64,000 bases of DNA. It comes from Chloroflexota bacterium. GTDB lineage: Bacteria; Chloroflexota; UBA11872; VXOZ01. The notes below the pieces were generated by a model. That model was not told the origin of the DNA and did not search any database. It saw nothing but the letters and a program-made list of their open reading frames with translations. Shown in pieces: positions 39,033 to 48,177 of this stretch. Each line of letters begins with the position of its first letter. Position 1 is the stretch's first letter. The DNA lies in NCBI GenBank assembly GCA_963662335.2, contig CAXXVD010000001.1, positions 678,669-742,668 on the forward strand, read 5' to 3'. A program made the position numbers and the translations under genes.

Positions 39033-41507
39033 ATGAGCAACGTCCTCGGTAGGTTGAGCCAATTCGTCGTAGACCGGCCCTGGCTCACGCTCTTCATCCT
39101 GCTGAACATTACGATTTTCCTGGCCGCGGGCGCGGTGCGGCGCGCAACGCCGCTGGACACCGAGGCGATATTGCCGCCAGGGAGCGCCGTGGCCGCGGCG
39201 CTGGATGAGATCGAAGAATTCTTTGGCGACTCCGGCGACGCCAGGGTCGTAACGCTCGTCTTCCGCGGCAGCGCGCTCACGCCCGGCGGCCTGGCGCAGA
39301 TGGACGCGCTGATCAACGAAATCCTGCAGGACCCGGACGTGGCGAGTCTCTTGGCCCCGGTGGACGCGGTCATCTCGCCGGCCTTGTTCCTCAAGTCCGT
39401 GCTGCAAGTGGACAACTTCCAGGCGGTCACCCAGGCGCAGATCGACTCCACGCGCGCAATCCCGGAGATCCAGGGCGCGCTGGACGCTCTGGCGGGCGTT
39501 GACGCGGACGGCACGGAGGTCGCGATTGCCATCCTGCGCCTGCGCAACACCCGCGACGAGCGCATCGTGGACGCCGAATGGAAGATCAGCGACATTACGG
39601 CCGCAAGCGAAGGCCCGCTGCGCGCGCGCAGCCTCTCCACCGCACAGATCGAAGAAGTGTACTTGCGGGAGACAACGGAAGGGATGGGGCCGCTGGTCGG
39701 GCTGGCGTTGCTGGTCATCGCCGGCCTTACGCTGCTCTTCATGCGCACGATATCGGACCTGCTGCTCACGCTGGGCGGGCTTATCATAGCGCTGGTCTGG
39801 ATCGTCGGCACCGAGGGCTGGCTCGGCCCCCACGCGCTGGGCCTCACCGGCCCGCCGAATCAACTTACGTCGATGGTGCCTATCATCGTCATCAGCCTCA
39901 CGGTGGACTACGCCATTCAAATCGTCTCCCACTACCGCGAGCAGCGCCATACCGGCGCGCAGGTGGCGGTAGCCGCCCAAAAGGGTCTGCGCAACGTCAC
40001 CGTGCCGGTCGTTCTGGCCGGCGTTACCACCATCGTGAGCCTGTTGGTCAGCTTGTTCTCTCCCATCGGCATCGTGGGCGACTTCGGCGTCATCGCCGGG
40101 CTGGGCGTCGGCATGACCCTCATCGTGATGCTGACGCTGGTGCCGGCCGGCCGCACGCTCATCGACCGGCGGCGGGAAGCCCGGGGCACGCTGAAACAGC
40201 CCCGGCTCATCGCCACCGCCCTACCCGGCGTCGGCCGGCTGGCGGAACTCCTGGGTCGGGGCGTGACGCGCCGCCCCGCGCCGTATCTCATCGCCGTTCT
40301 CGCAATCACCGCCGCCCTGGGATTCGCGGCCAGGGGGCTCACGTCGGAGTTCCACATCCGCGACATCCTGCCCAAAGGCAGCACCGTGTTGGAAGACATG
40401 GACAGCATCGACGCGGCCACCGGCGGCTCCACGGAAATGGTCACCGTGTTGGTCAAGGCCGAGGCCACCGAGACCCGCACCCTGCTGAACATCCGGGCGC
40501 TCACGGCCGCCTTTGCGGATGAGGGCCGCCGCCCCGGCGCGGCGGCGGGTCCGATCCTGGCCTCGTACGAGTCGCTGGTGCAGGACTGGACCCACGACAG
40601 CGGGCAGCCCGGCGACAAATACGACCCGGAACTTGCCGCGCTCTATCGAGAAGCCTCCGCCGGCGTGCGGCTCGATCCCCAACTGATGCAGGAGTTGCTC
40701 GATAGGCTCCAGGCCAAGGACCCCACGTTGGCGTATCTGCTGGCTAACGACCCCAACGGCATAGACGCCGTCCTGCTGCAGTTCCCGGCCTACCAAAACG
40801 ACACGGAGGCGGCAAAGGCGCTCCAAGAGGACATCGAGGCGCTCTGGTTCGGCGACGACGACACCATCACGGCGACGTCGCCGCAGATCGTCTCGTTCAC
40901 GGTAACGGACGCGATTACGGAGCGGCAAACGGAGGCGGTGGTGACCATCATCGCGGCGGCCCTGGGCGTGCTGGCGCTCTTCTTCTGGATTACGGCGCGG
41001 CAGCCGGCGCTGGCGATCATCGCGGTGGGGCCGATCGTGCTGGCGCTCATCTCGGTGCTGGGCACCATGGCGCTGCTGGGTATTCCCTATTCGCTGGTCA
41101 CGTCCATCATCGCGGCGCTCTCGATCGGCATCGGCGTGGACTACACCATCCACATGATTCACCGCTACCGGGAAGAGTACACCCGCCTGCGCAACCCGGA
41201 GCAAGCGGCCATCCGGACGCTGGGCACCACCGGTTCGGCGCTGCTCGGCTCCGCGCTCACGACGGGCCTGGGTATCGGCACCCTGATGGCGTCGCCGCTG
41301 GCGGCGTCGCAGCACTTTGCCATCACGGCGGCCATTACGATCATCTACTCGCTGATCGCTTCCATCCTGGTGGTGCCGCCCGCGATGACCATCTGGGGCG
41401 CTTACCAGAACATGCGCCTGCGCTCCCGCGTGCGCAGTTGGGCCAGCGAACTGGACATGGAGATCGAGGAAACGCTGGCGCGCCGGCAGCAGGCGGGCAC
41501 GGCGTAG
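39033..41507 (+). CDS. MMPL/RND-family lipid transporter
   Basis: Two-repeat RND topology; SLTVDYAIQ and GIGVDYTIH motifs. Confidence 0.9.
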   Translation: MSNVLGRLSQFVVDRPWLTLFILLNITIFLAAGAVRRATPLDTEAILPPGSAVAAALDEIEEFFGDSGDARVVTLVFRGSALTPGGLAQMDALINEILQDPDVASLLAPVDAVISPALFLKSVLQVDNFQAVTQAQIDSTRAIPEIQGALDALAGVDADGTEVAIAILRLRNTRDERIVDAEWKISDITAASEGPLRARSLSTAQIEEVYLRETTEGMGPLVGLALLVIAGLTLLFMRTISDLLLTLGGLIIALVWIVGTEGWLGPHALGLTGPPNQLTSMVPIIVISLTVDYAIQIVSHYREQRHTGAQVAVAAQKGLRNVTVPVVLAGVTTIVSLLVSLFSPIGIVGDFGVIAGLGVGMTLIVMLTLVPAGRTLIDRRREARGTLKQPRLIATALPGVGRLAELLGRGVTRRPAPYLIAVLAITAALGFAARGLTSEFHIRDILPKGSTVLEDMDSIDAATGGSTEMVTVLVKAEATETRTLLNIRALTAAFADEGRRPGAAAGPILASYESLVQDWTHDSGQPGDKYDPELAALYREASAGVRLDPQLMQELLDRLQAKDPTLAYLLANDPNGIDAVLLQFPAYQNDTEAAKALQEDIEALWFGDDDTITATSPQIVSFTVTDAITERQTEAVVTIIAAALGVLALFFWITARQPALAIIAVGPIVLALISVLGTMALLGIPYSLVTSIIAALSIGIGVDYTIHMIHRYREEYTRLRNPEQAAIRTLGTTGSALLGSALTTGLGIGTLMASPLAASQHFAITAAITIIYSLIASILVVPPAMTIWGAYQNMRLRSRVRSWASELDMEIEETLARRQQAGTA

Positions 41508-41593
41508 GACGCGCGCGGGACTTCTGCTTTGGCAGTCCCTTGCAACCGCTTCGACCCTCCTGCGAGCGACTTTCGTAGGATTCCGTCACTAAT

Positions 41594-41629
41594 GCGAAAG
41601 CCCGCCCCCGCGCGGGGGCGGGCTTTCGC
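41594..41629. terminator. Strong GC hairpin between the convergent MMPL genes (likely bidirectional terminator)
   Basis: GCGAAAGCCCGCCCCC-GCGC-GGGGGCGGGCTTTCGC; no long U tract. Confidence 0.6.
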
Positions 41630-41649
41630 CTACATTGCGCCTGTCATGC

Positions 41650-41925
41650 AATCCGTTGACAGAATCCGCACGCCGCCAGGCCGCGTCGACCTTACTGTCG
41701 GTATGGGCACACCCCCCTTACTGTCATTCCAAGCGCAGCGAGGAATCTGATGCCCGCGCGGGAGTCGCGTGCCTATCGACCGGCCTTCAGTGTGGGTACT
41801 CGAACGCAAACGACGTGCGATTTTCGGCCTTGAGCAATACCCTAGATTCCTCGCTGCGCTCGGAATGACACTAGGGACAACACTGCCTTGCCTTGCGCAA
41901 AGCGGAGTTCACTAGCGATTCACTC
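41650..41925. mobile_element. MITE-like element carrying a REP doublet (same family as 22098-22278)
   Basis: Left end AATCCGTTGACAGAATCCGC; inner pair 41723-41748 / 41844-41869; shared CAACACTGCCT. Confidence 0.65.
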
Positions 41926-41994
41926 AACTCTTTTTGGAAAGGCCTTTGCCGTCTGCCGGCCAGACTAGGGAATCAGAATACGCGCACATCTCTC

Positions 41995-42280
41995 AGTTCA
42001 TACTTGGACAAGCTCAACATGAACGGAGAGATGTGCGCGCGGGGTTGATAACCGCTCTCTCCACCCTTCACCCTTCGACAGGCTCAGGGCGAACGGGGGT
42101 CTTTGCGCTACGCCGTTTACCCTTCGACAGGCTCAACATGAACGGAGAAACGTGCGCGCGGGGTTGATAACCGCTCTCTCCACCGTTTGCCCTTCGACAG
42201 GCTCAGGGCGAACGGGTTCTTTGCACTACTCCGTTTGCCCTTCGACAGGCTCAGGGCGAACGGGGGTTTTTGCGCTACGC
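41995..42280. repeat. BIME-like array of five CCCTTCGACAGGCTCAGGGCGAACGG-type REPs with duplicated spacers
   Basis: Read directly; spacer GTGCGCGCGGGGTTGATAACCGCTCTCTCCACC occurs twice. Confidence 0.85.
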
Positions 42281-44752
42281 CGTGCCCTCTTCCCGCTCGC
42301 GGCGGCGGAACGTCTCCTCGATCTCTTGATCGAGTTCCTGCGCCCAATTCCGCACCCGCGAGCGCAGGCGCATGTTCTGGTACGCGCCCCACACCGTCAT
42401 CGCCGGCGGCACCACCAGCACGGAAACGACCAGCGAATAGAGGATGGTAATCGCCGCCGTGATGGCGAATTGCTGGAACATGAGTTGCGACGAGAGCACC
42501 AGCGCCCCGATGCCGATGGCCGTGGTGAGCGCGGAACCCAGCAGCGCCGAGCCCGTCACCGAGAGCGTGCGAATGGCCGCTTGTTCCGGGTCGCGCAGGC
42601 GGGCGTACTCTTCCCGGTAGCGGTGAATCATGTGAATGGTGTAGTCCACGCCGATGCCAATCGAGAGCGCCGCGATGACCGACGTGACCAGCGAGTAGGG
42701 AATGCCCAGCAGCGCCATGGTGCCCAGCACGGAAATGAGCGCGATGACGATTGGCCCCACCGCGATGATCGCCAGCGCCGGCTGCCGCGCCGTAATCCAG
42801 AAGAAGAACGCCAGCACGCTCAACGCCGCCGCGATGATGGTCACCACCGCCTCCGTCTGCCCCTCCGTGATCGCGTCCGTAATCGCGAACGTGATGATTC
42901 GTTCGGACGTCGCCGTCAGCGCCGCGTCGTCGCCGCGCCAGAGCGCTTCCACCTCCTGCTGGAGCGCCCGTGTCTGCGCCGGATCGTTGGAATAGGCCGG
43001 GAACTGGAAGAGCAGGGCGTCGCTGCCGTTGGGATTGTTGGCCAGCAGATGCGCCAACGTGGGGTCCCGCGCCTGAAGGCTGTCCAGCAACTCCTGCATC
43101 AGTTGAGCATCGAGCCGCACGCCGGCGGAGGCTTCCGCATACAGGGCGGCCATCTCCGGGTCGTACTTGTCGCCGGGCTGGCCGCTGTCGTGGGTCCAGT
43201 CGCGCAGGAGCGACTCGTAGGAGGCCAGAATGGGCCCAGACGCGGCGCCGGGGCGGCGCTGTTCATCCGCGAAAGCGGCCGTCAGGTCCCAGAAATTCAA
43301 CAGCGTGCGGGTCTCGGTGGCCTCGGCGTCCACGAGCACGCTAACGATCTCCGTCGAGCCGCCGATGGCCGCTTCGATGGTGTTCATGTCCGTTATCACG
43401 CTGCCGCCTCTGGGCAAGGCGTCGCGGATGTCGAAGTCGGACTGTACCCCCGTGGCCACCCAGCCAAGCCCAATCGTGATTGCCAGCACGGCGAGCAGGT
43501 AGGGCAAGGGGCGGCGCGCCACGCCGCGCCCCAGCAGTTCCGCCAACCGGCCGACGCCGGGCAGAGCGGCGGCGATGAGCCGGGGCTGTGTCAACGTGCC
43601 CCGGGCTTCCCGCCGCCGGTCGATGAGCGTGCGGCCGGCCGGCACCAGCGTCAGCATCACGATGAGGGTCATGCCCACGCCCAGCCCGGCGATAACGCCA
43701 AAGTCGCCCACGATCGCGATCGGGGAAAAGAGGCTCACGAAGAGGCTGACCATCGTGGTGACCGCGGCCAGCGCCAATGGCACGGTGACGTTGTTGAGGC
43801 CCTTGCGGACGGCCTCCGCCACCGGCTCGCCCGAGTGCCGCTGCTCCCGGTAGTGGGAGACGATCTGAATGGCGTAGTCCACCGTGAGGCTCATGACGAC
43901 GATGGGCACCACGGCGGTGAGCGAATTGGGCGGGCCGGTGAGGCCCAGCGCGTACGGGCCGAGCCAGCCCTCGGCGCCGATGATCCAGACCAGCGCCATG
44001 ACCAACCCCGCCAACGTGAGCAGCAGGTCCGAGAGCGTGCGCATGAAGAGCAGCGTCAACCCGGCGATGAGCAGGAGCGTGAGCGCCGACAGGATGGCCC
44101 GGCCTTCCCGCGTGGCTTGCCGGAAGGCGTCATCGATGACGATGGCCGAAACGCTGCTGGCGCGCAGCGGGCCGTCGCTGGCGAGCGCGGCCTCGTTGAT
44201 GCCGCGTTGCGCGGTCTGGAAGCGCTCGTCGCCCGTGTCGCGCAGGCGAATGATGGCGATCGCGACCTCTGTGCCGTCCGTGTCGACGCCCGTCAGCGCG
44301 GCCAGCCCCGCCTGAACCGCGGGCACGCTCCGCGCGGCGTCGATCTGCGCCTGGGTGACGCCGGCGAAGCTATCCACGCGCATTGCGGCCTTGAGCGCCA
44401 GCGTCGGCGCAACCACCGGATCGACCGGCGTGAACAGCCCGGCAATGGCCGGGTCGCTGACGATTTCGCCGAGCAGGGCGTCCATCTGCGCGAGACCCGG
44501 CGGGGTGAACGCATTGCCCCGGAAGACGACCGTGGCGACGCTGGCGTCGCCGGCGTCGCCGAAGTGTTCGTCGATTCCCGCCAGCGCCACGGCGACGGCG
44601 CTTTCTTCGGGTATGGTCGCCAGGTCGTCCGGCAGCGGCGCGCGCCGCACCGCCCCCGCGCCGAGGAAGACCGTGATGTTCAGCAGTATGAAGAGCGTGA
44701 GCCACGGGCGCTCGACGACCAACTGGCTCAACCTACCGAGTACATTGCTCAT
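42275..44752 (-). CDS. MMPL/RND-family lipid transporter (inverted paralog of 39033-41507)
   Basis: Near-identical N-terminus MSNVLGRLSQ and long shared stretches. Confidence 0.9.
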   Translation of the reverse strand: MSNVLGRLSQLVVERPWLTLFILLNITVFLGAGAVRRAPLPDDLATIPEESAVAVALAGIDEHFGDAGDASVATVVFRGNAFTPPGLAQMDALLGEIVSDPAIAGLFTPVDPVVAPTLALKAAMRVDSFAGVTQAQIDAARSVPAVQAGLAALTGVDTDGTEVAIAIIRLRDTGDERFQTAQRGINEAALASDGPLRASSVSAIVIDDAFRQATREGRAILSALTLLLIAGLTLLFMRTLSDLLLTLAGLVMALVWIIGAEGWLGPYALGLTGPPNSLTAVVPIVVMSLTVDYAIQIVSHYREQRHSGEPVAEAVRKGLNNVTVPLALAAVTTMVSLFVSLFSPIAIVGDFGVIAGLGVGMTLIVMLTLVPAGRTLIDRRREARGTLTQPRLIAAALPGVGRLAELLGRGVARRPLPYLLAVLAITIGLGWVATGVQSDFDIRDALPRGGSVITDMNTIEAAIGGSTEIVSVLVDAEATETRTLLNFWDLTAAFADEQRRPGAASGPILASYESLLRDWTHDSGQPGDKYDPEMAALYAEASAGVRLDAQLMQELLDSLQARDPTLAHLLANNPNGSDALLFQFPAYSNDPAQTRALQQEVEALWRGDDAALTATSERIITFAITDAITEGQTEAVVTIIAAALSVLAFFFWITARQPALAIIAVGPIVIALISVLGTMALLGIPYSLVTSVIAALSIGIGVDYTIHMIHRYREEYARLRDPEQAAIRTLSVTGSALLGSALTTAIGIGALVLSSQLMFQQFAITAAITILYSLVVSVLVVPPAMTVWGAYQNMRLRSRVRNWAQELDQEIEETFRRREREEGTA

Positions 44753-44986
44753 GGCGCCGTTACCAATCTGCGGATGCTGCGGGCGGCGGCGGCGCGGCCA
44801 CCCACAACGCGGCTCTACCGGGTGAAAGAGCCTGACCGCAATCGCTTGGATGACTTTCGTCGCATTGGTATGGTCTTTTACCGCTATATACTAGCGCGCA
44901 GCGCTACACATAGCCACCCCGCCGCCATTTCGTGAAGTTTCGCGCGCATGGTATAGTGTGTAGACCAATAAGAGCCGGGGTGTCAC

Positions 44987-45472
44987 GTGTATAATTTCCT
45001 CAACCGCTACTCATACGCCCTTGCAGCCGTATTCCTGGTGCTGGTGAGCGCCGTCGTCGCCTATCTCTGGCTGCCGCTGCCCGGCGGCTGGCTGCTGGCG
45101 GCGGCTCTCGGGATTGTCTTCGCGGCGGCATACGGGATTCTGCGCATTCGCACAGCCAATCCCGCGGACGTTGCCGAACTTACCGCGCTTGTCGGCGCCG
45201 GGCGGCCGGTCCTGGTCTTCTTGTACGCCAACTACTGAGTAGGTTCCCTTTCGATGCGTCCCGTGGTCGACGGGATAGAACGCGAATTTGGCGCGGATGC
45301 GCACGTAATGAGCGTCAATCTGCAAACGCCGGTGGGCCGCGGCATTGCCGCCCTGTATGACATCGAGGCCGTGCCGAGTTTCGTGGTCCTCGACGGCGCC
45401 GGCGAAGTGCGGTTCCGGGTCGATGGCCGGGTGCAGAGCCGCAAGACGCTGGTCGCCGCGCTGCGCAATTAG
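44987..45472 (+). CDS. Putative membrane-anchored thioredoxin-like selenoprotein, 161 aa, Sec84 (Y-U-V-G-S)
   Basis: ORFs 44987-45238 and 45254-45472 are in the same frame; TGA 45236-45238 sits at the CxxC position; cis-Pro AVPSF; SECIS-like hairpin follows. Confidence 0.8.
45258..45276 (+). promoter_or_regulatory. Putative bacterial SECIS apical hairpin
   Basis: GTCCCGT-GGTCG-ACGGGAT; loop starts with G 27 nt after the UGA. Confidence 0.65.
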
Positions 45473-45731
45473 AAAGGCGCGGGACACGCGCCCCGCACCG
45501 CAGCGCCGCCAGGGCCGCTGGCATAGCGCCCGCTCACGTGTCAATGTTCATTCCTCTTGGCGGCACGTACACGCCGCTGCTTTCAGGCTCTGACAGGCAA
45601 TAGGCTTCCGTGTTACTGTTACGAACTGTCAATGGGTGCGTCGACAGTAGGGTTTCGCAAACAGTTTGTGTCCGTCAATGGCGGCTGCATGATATAGTAG
45701 TGCGTGTACTCTTGGGGGAAGGTCAAACGCG

Positions 45732-46217
45732 ATGCAATTCATCAACCAGTACTCCTACGTCGTCATTTCAGTTTTCGTCCTGCTTGTCAGCGGGGCAGCC
45801 GTCTATTTTTGGCTGCCGGATCCGGGCGGCATTCTGCTGGTAGTGCTGGTAGGGGTCATCTTCGTTGCCGTAGGCGCAGCCCTGCGCTTTCCGGCGGGAG
45901 ACTCTATCAGCGATGAGGCGTTGGCGGCCCAACTCCAGAGAGGTGTGCCGACCCTGATTGTGGTCTATTCCAATTTCTGAGGGGGCAGCCTTGCGGCCCG
46001 CCCCATCGTTGATGGGATCGAACGCGACCTCGGCGCGGCAGCGCGCGTCATCCGCCTCAACCGCCATGCGCCCGTCGGCCGCGCATTCGCCGACCGCATG
46101 GGCTTACGCTTGGTGCCTGCCGTTGTTGGCTACGATAAGAAGGGCGAGGAGCGGCTGCGGATCAGCGGTGAATTGCCCAACCGCAAGGCGATCGTTGCCG
46201 CAATGCAAGAGGAGTGA
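45732..46217 (+). CDS. Putative membrane-anchored thioredoxin-like selenoprotein, 161 aa, Sec83 (F-U-G-G-S)
   Basis: Reading through TGA 45978-45980 gives GGSLAARPIVDGIERDLG...LVPAVV...MQEE-stop, collinear with the paralog. Confidence 0.8.
46002..46016 (+). promoter_or_regulatory. Putative bacterial SECIS apical hairpin
   Basis: CCCATC-GTT-GATGGG; possible lower stem TTGCG (45991-45995) / CGCGA (46023-46027). Confidence 0.65.
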
Positions 46218-46381
46218 GGCGCCCCCGGTTCACCGGGCGCCGGGAGTTCCGTCTCCTTGGCGGCGTTGGGCAGCCCCCGCCACCCAACCCCCACGACGGC
46301 GCCGCCGCGCCCGGCTGTAGTCGATTGGCGGCCCGCGCTATACTGTATTGAGGCTTTTCTTCCACCCTGGAGGAGCATCTC

Positions 46382-47410
46382 GTGAGCGCGAATTCGTTGC
46401 TGCCGCCGCTGCGCACCGAAGCGGAACTGATGGCGCAAATGACCGCGCCCACGCCGGCCGTGTGTGAGGCGGTACAGGCGCTGGATGGGCCAATTATGGT
46501 GCTGGGCGTGGCCGGCAAGATGGGCCCCACGCTGGCCGAACTCCTGGTGCGCGCCGGCGCCAAGCGCGTGATCGGCGTCTCGCGCTTCTCCTCGCCGGCG
46601 CTGCGTGACTACCTGGACGGCGTGGGCGTGGAGACGGTGGCCTGCGACCTGCTGGACGACGCCGCCGTGGCCAAGCTGCCGGACGCGCCTTACCTCTTCC
46701 TGCTGGCGGGCTTCAAGTTCGGCTCCAGCGGCGCGCCCTCGCTGAATTGGGCCATGAATACGCTGGTGCCGGCCAAGCTCATGGAGCGCTTTCCGGATTC
46801 CCGCATGGTCTACGTCTCGTCCGGCAACGTCTACCGCTTCATGCCGGTGGACGGCAGCGGCGCGGACGAGAACGCACCCCTGGGGCCGGTGGGCGAGTAC
46901 GCCGAATCGCGCCTGGGCGGCGAACGCCTGGTGGAATACTACGCCGAGCGGCAGGGCACGCCCACGCTCATCGTGCGCCTCTTCTACGCCACCGAACTCC
47001 GCTACGGCATTATCCTGGACATCGCCGCCAAGGTGAAAGAAGGAACGCCCATCGATCTGGCCATGGGCTACGCCAACCAGATCTGGCAGGGCGACGCCTG
47101 CGACATGCTGGCGCGCTCGTTCCCGCTCTGCGCCAGCCCCGCCGGCGTGATCAACCTGACCGGCACGGATACCCTATCCGTACGGGCAGTGGCCGAAGCC
47201 CTGGGCGAACGCCTGGGCGTGGCGCCAGTCTTTACGGGCGAGCCGGAGGCTACGGCGCTGCTCGGCGACGCCACTCGTTATGTAGAGACCTTCGGCCCGC
47301 CCCGCGTGCCGCCGGCGCAAATCATCGAGTGGGTGGCCTGGTGGGTACGGCACGAAGGCGCGACGCTGGGCAAACCGACGAAGTACGAGAGCAGGACCGG
47401 GGATTTCTAG
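46382..47410 (+). CDS. NAD-dependent epimerase/dehydratase
   Basis: LGVAGKMG, SSGNVY, GEYAESRLGGE. Confidence 0.85.
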   Translation: MSANSLLPPLRTEAELMAQMTAPTPAVCEAVQALDGPIMVLGVAGKMGPTLAELLVRAGAKRVIGVSRFSSPALRDYLDGVGVETVACDLLDDAAVAKLPDAPYLFLLAGFKFGSSGAPSLNWAMNTLVPAKLMERFPDSRMVYVSSGNVYRFMPVDGSGADENAPLGPVGEYAESRLGGERLVEYYAERQGTPTLIVRLFYATELRYGIILDIAAKVKEGTPIDLAMGYANQIWQGDACDMLARSFPLCASPAGVINLTGTDTLSVRAVAEALGERLGVAPVFTGEPEATALLGDATRYVETFGPPRVPPAQIIEWVAWWVRHEGATLGKPTKYESRTGDF

Positions 47411-47526
47411 CGCGGTTGTGCTCCTGAAGGCCGACGCTATGTCTTTCCGCTGGTCGTCGAGAGGCTAGGGAGGGTAGACTTTCCCGTGCCGGTGAAACGC
47501 GGGGGCGTCGGCGCAAGTGAGCGGCT

Positions 47527-48012
47527 CTAGGACTGCAGGAGTTCTTCTCTTAACACGACTGTCAGTACCTTTTCGACGCCGTCTGTGTCGATGCCAAATT
47601 CGTACGCGCCCTTTGCAATCTCTCTGCGCCACTCTTCCGAGATTCTGCTTCGAACGTAATCGCGGCAGAACTCGTCGACCTCAAAGGGTTCTTTTCCTGC
47701 AACCTCGGGCAAGAGTTCAGGCTTCAACTCGGATGCCCACTGCTTAGCGTTCATGCTTGCCGCAATCTTCTCGCCGAATTCGGTCAGGCGCAGCGGGCTG
47801 CTTCCCGCAACAGGCGGCGGTGGGAGCGCCGAGAAGATCTTCTTGATGTCTGCGCGGATTTCTCTGACGCTTTCAGTGAGGCTTGCCAGTGTATCGTCAA
47901 CCCGGCCCGTCCAACGAGCGGCTCTCCAAAGCAGGTAGATGAACCCGCCGAGCAAGCTGAGGAGCGCTACAGATGCGATGATGACCTGAGGTGTATCGAG
48001 CCACTCACTCAT
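47527..48012 (-). CDS. Hypothetical protein with an N-terminal TM helix and coiled coil (lower GC)
   Basis: TM, IREIRADIKKI-like coil, SPLRLTEFG. Confidence 0.7.
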   Translation of the reverse strand: MSEWLDTPQVIIASVALLSLLGGFIYLLWRAARWTGRVDDTLASLTESVREIRADIKKIFSALPPPPVAGSSPLRLTEFGEKIAASMNAKQWASELKPELLPEVAGKEPFEVDEFCRDYVRSRISEEWRREIAKGAYEFGIDTDGVEKVLTVVLREELLQS

Positions 48013-48177
48013 ACTGCACTCAACCCTCATGCAACTTCAATAGCATCCCGTACAATAGCGCGTCTACCCGTAGCATAGCATAGGACTGCGCCTTACTCGC
48101 AAAGAGCGCGGGTATTGAGCGCGTTGCGGGGTTCACTCTTGCAGAAGTCTAGCCCTGGTATGCATAGACCGAGAAGC

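Noticed and set aside
41995-42280. CRISPR array
   Set aside because: Spacers are duplicated and uneven, the repeat is dispersed elsewhere as a REP, and no cas genes are present
42152-44935. Long antisense ORFs (927 aa here; also 8626-9888, 15386-16621, 53409-54728, 60979-62406)
   Set aside because: Shadow frames of real high-GC genes, with no recognisable motifs
44987-46217. Alternative genetic code (UGA = Trp or Gly), or two pseudogenes
   Set aside because: Many genes in the window end normally at TGA (e.g. 2563, 38520, 46217); the internal TGAs occur only at the catalytic column and are followed by hairpins
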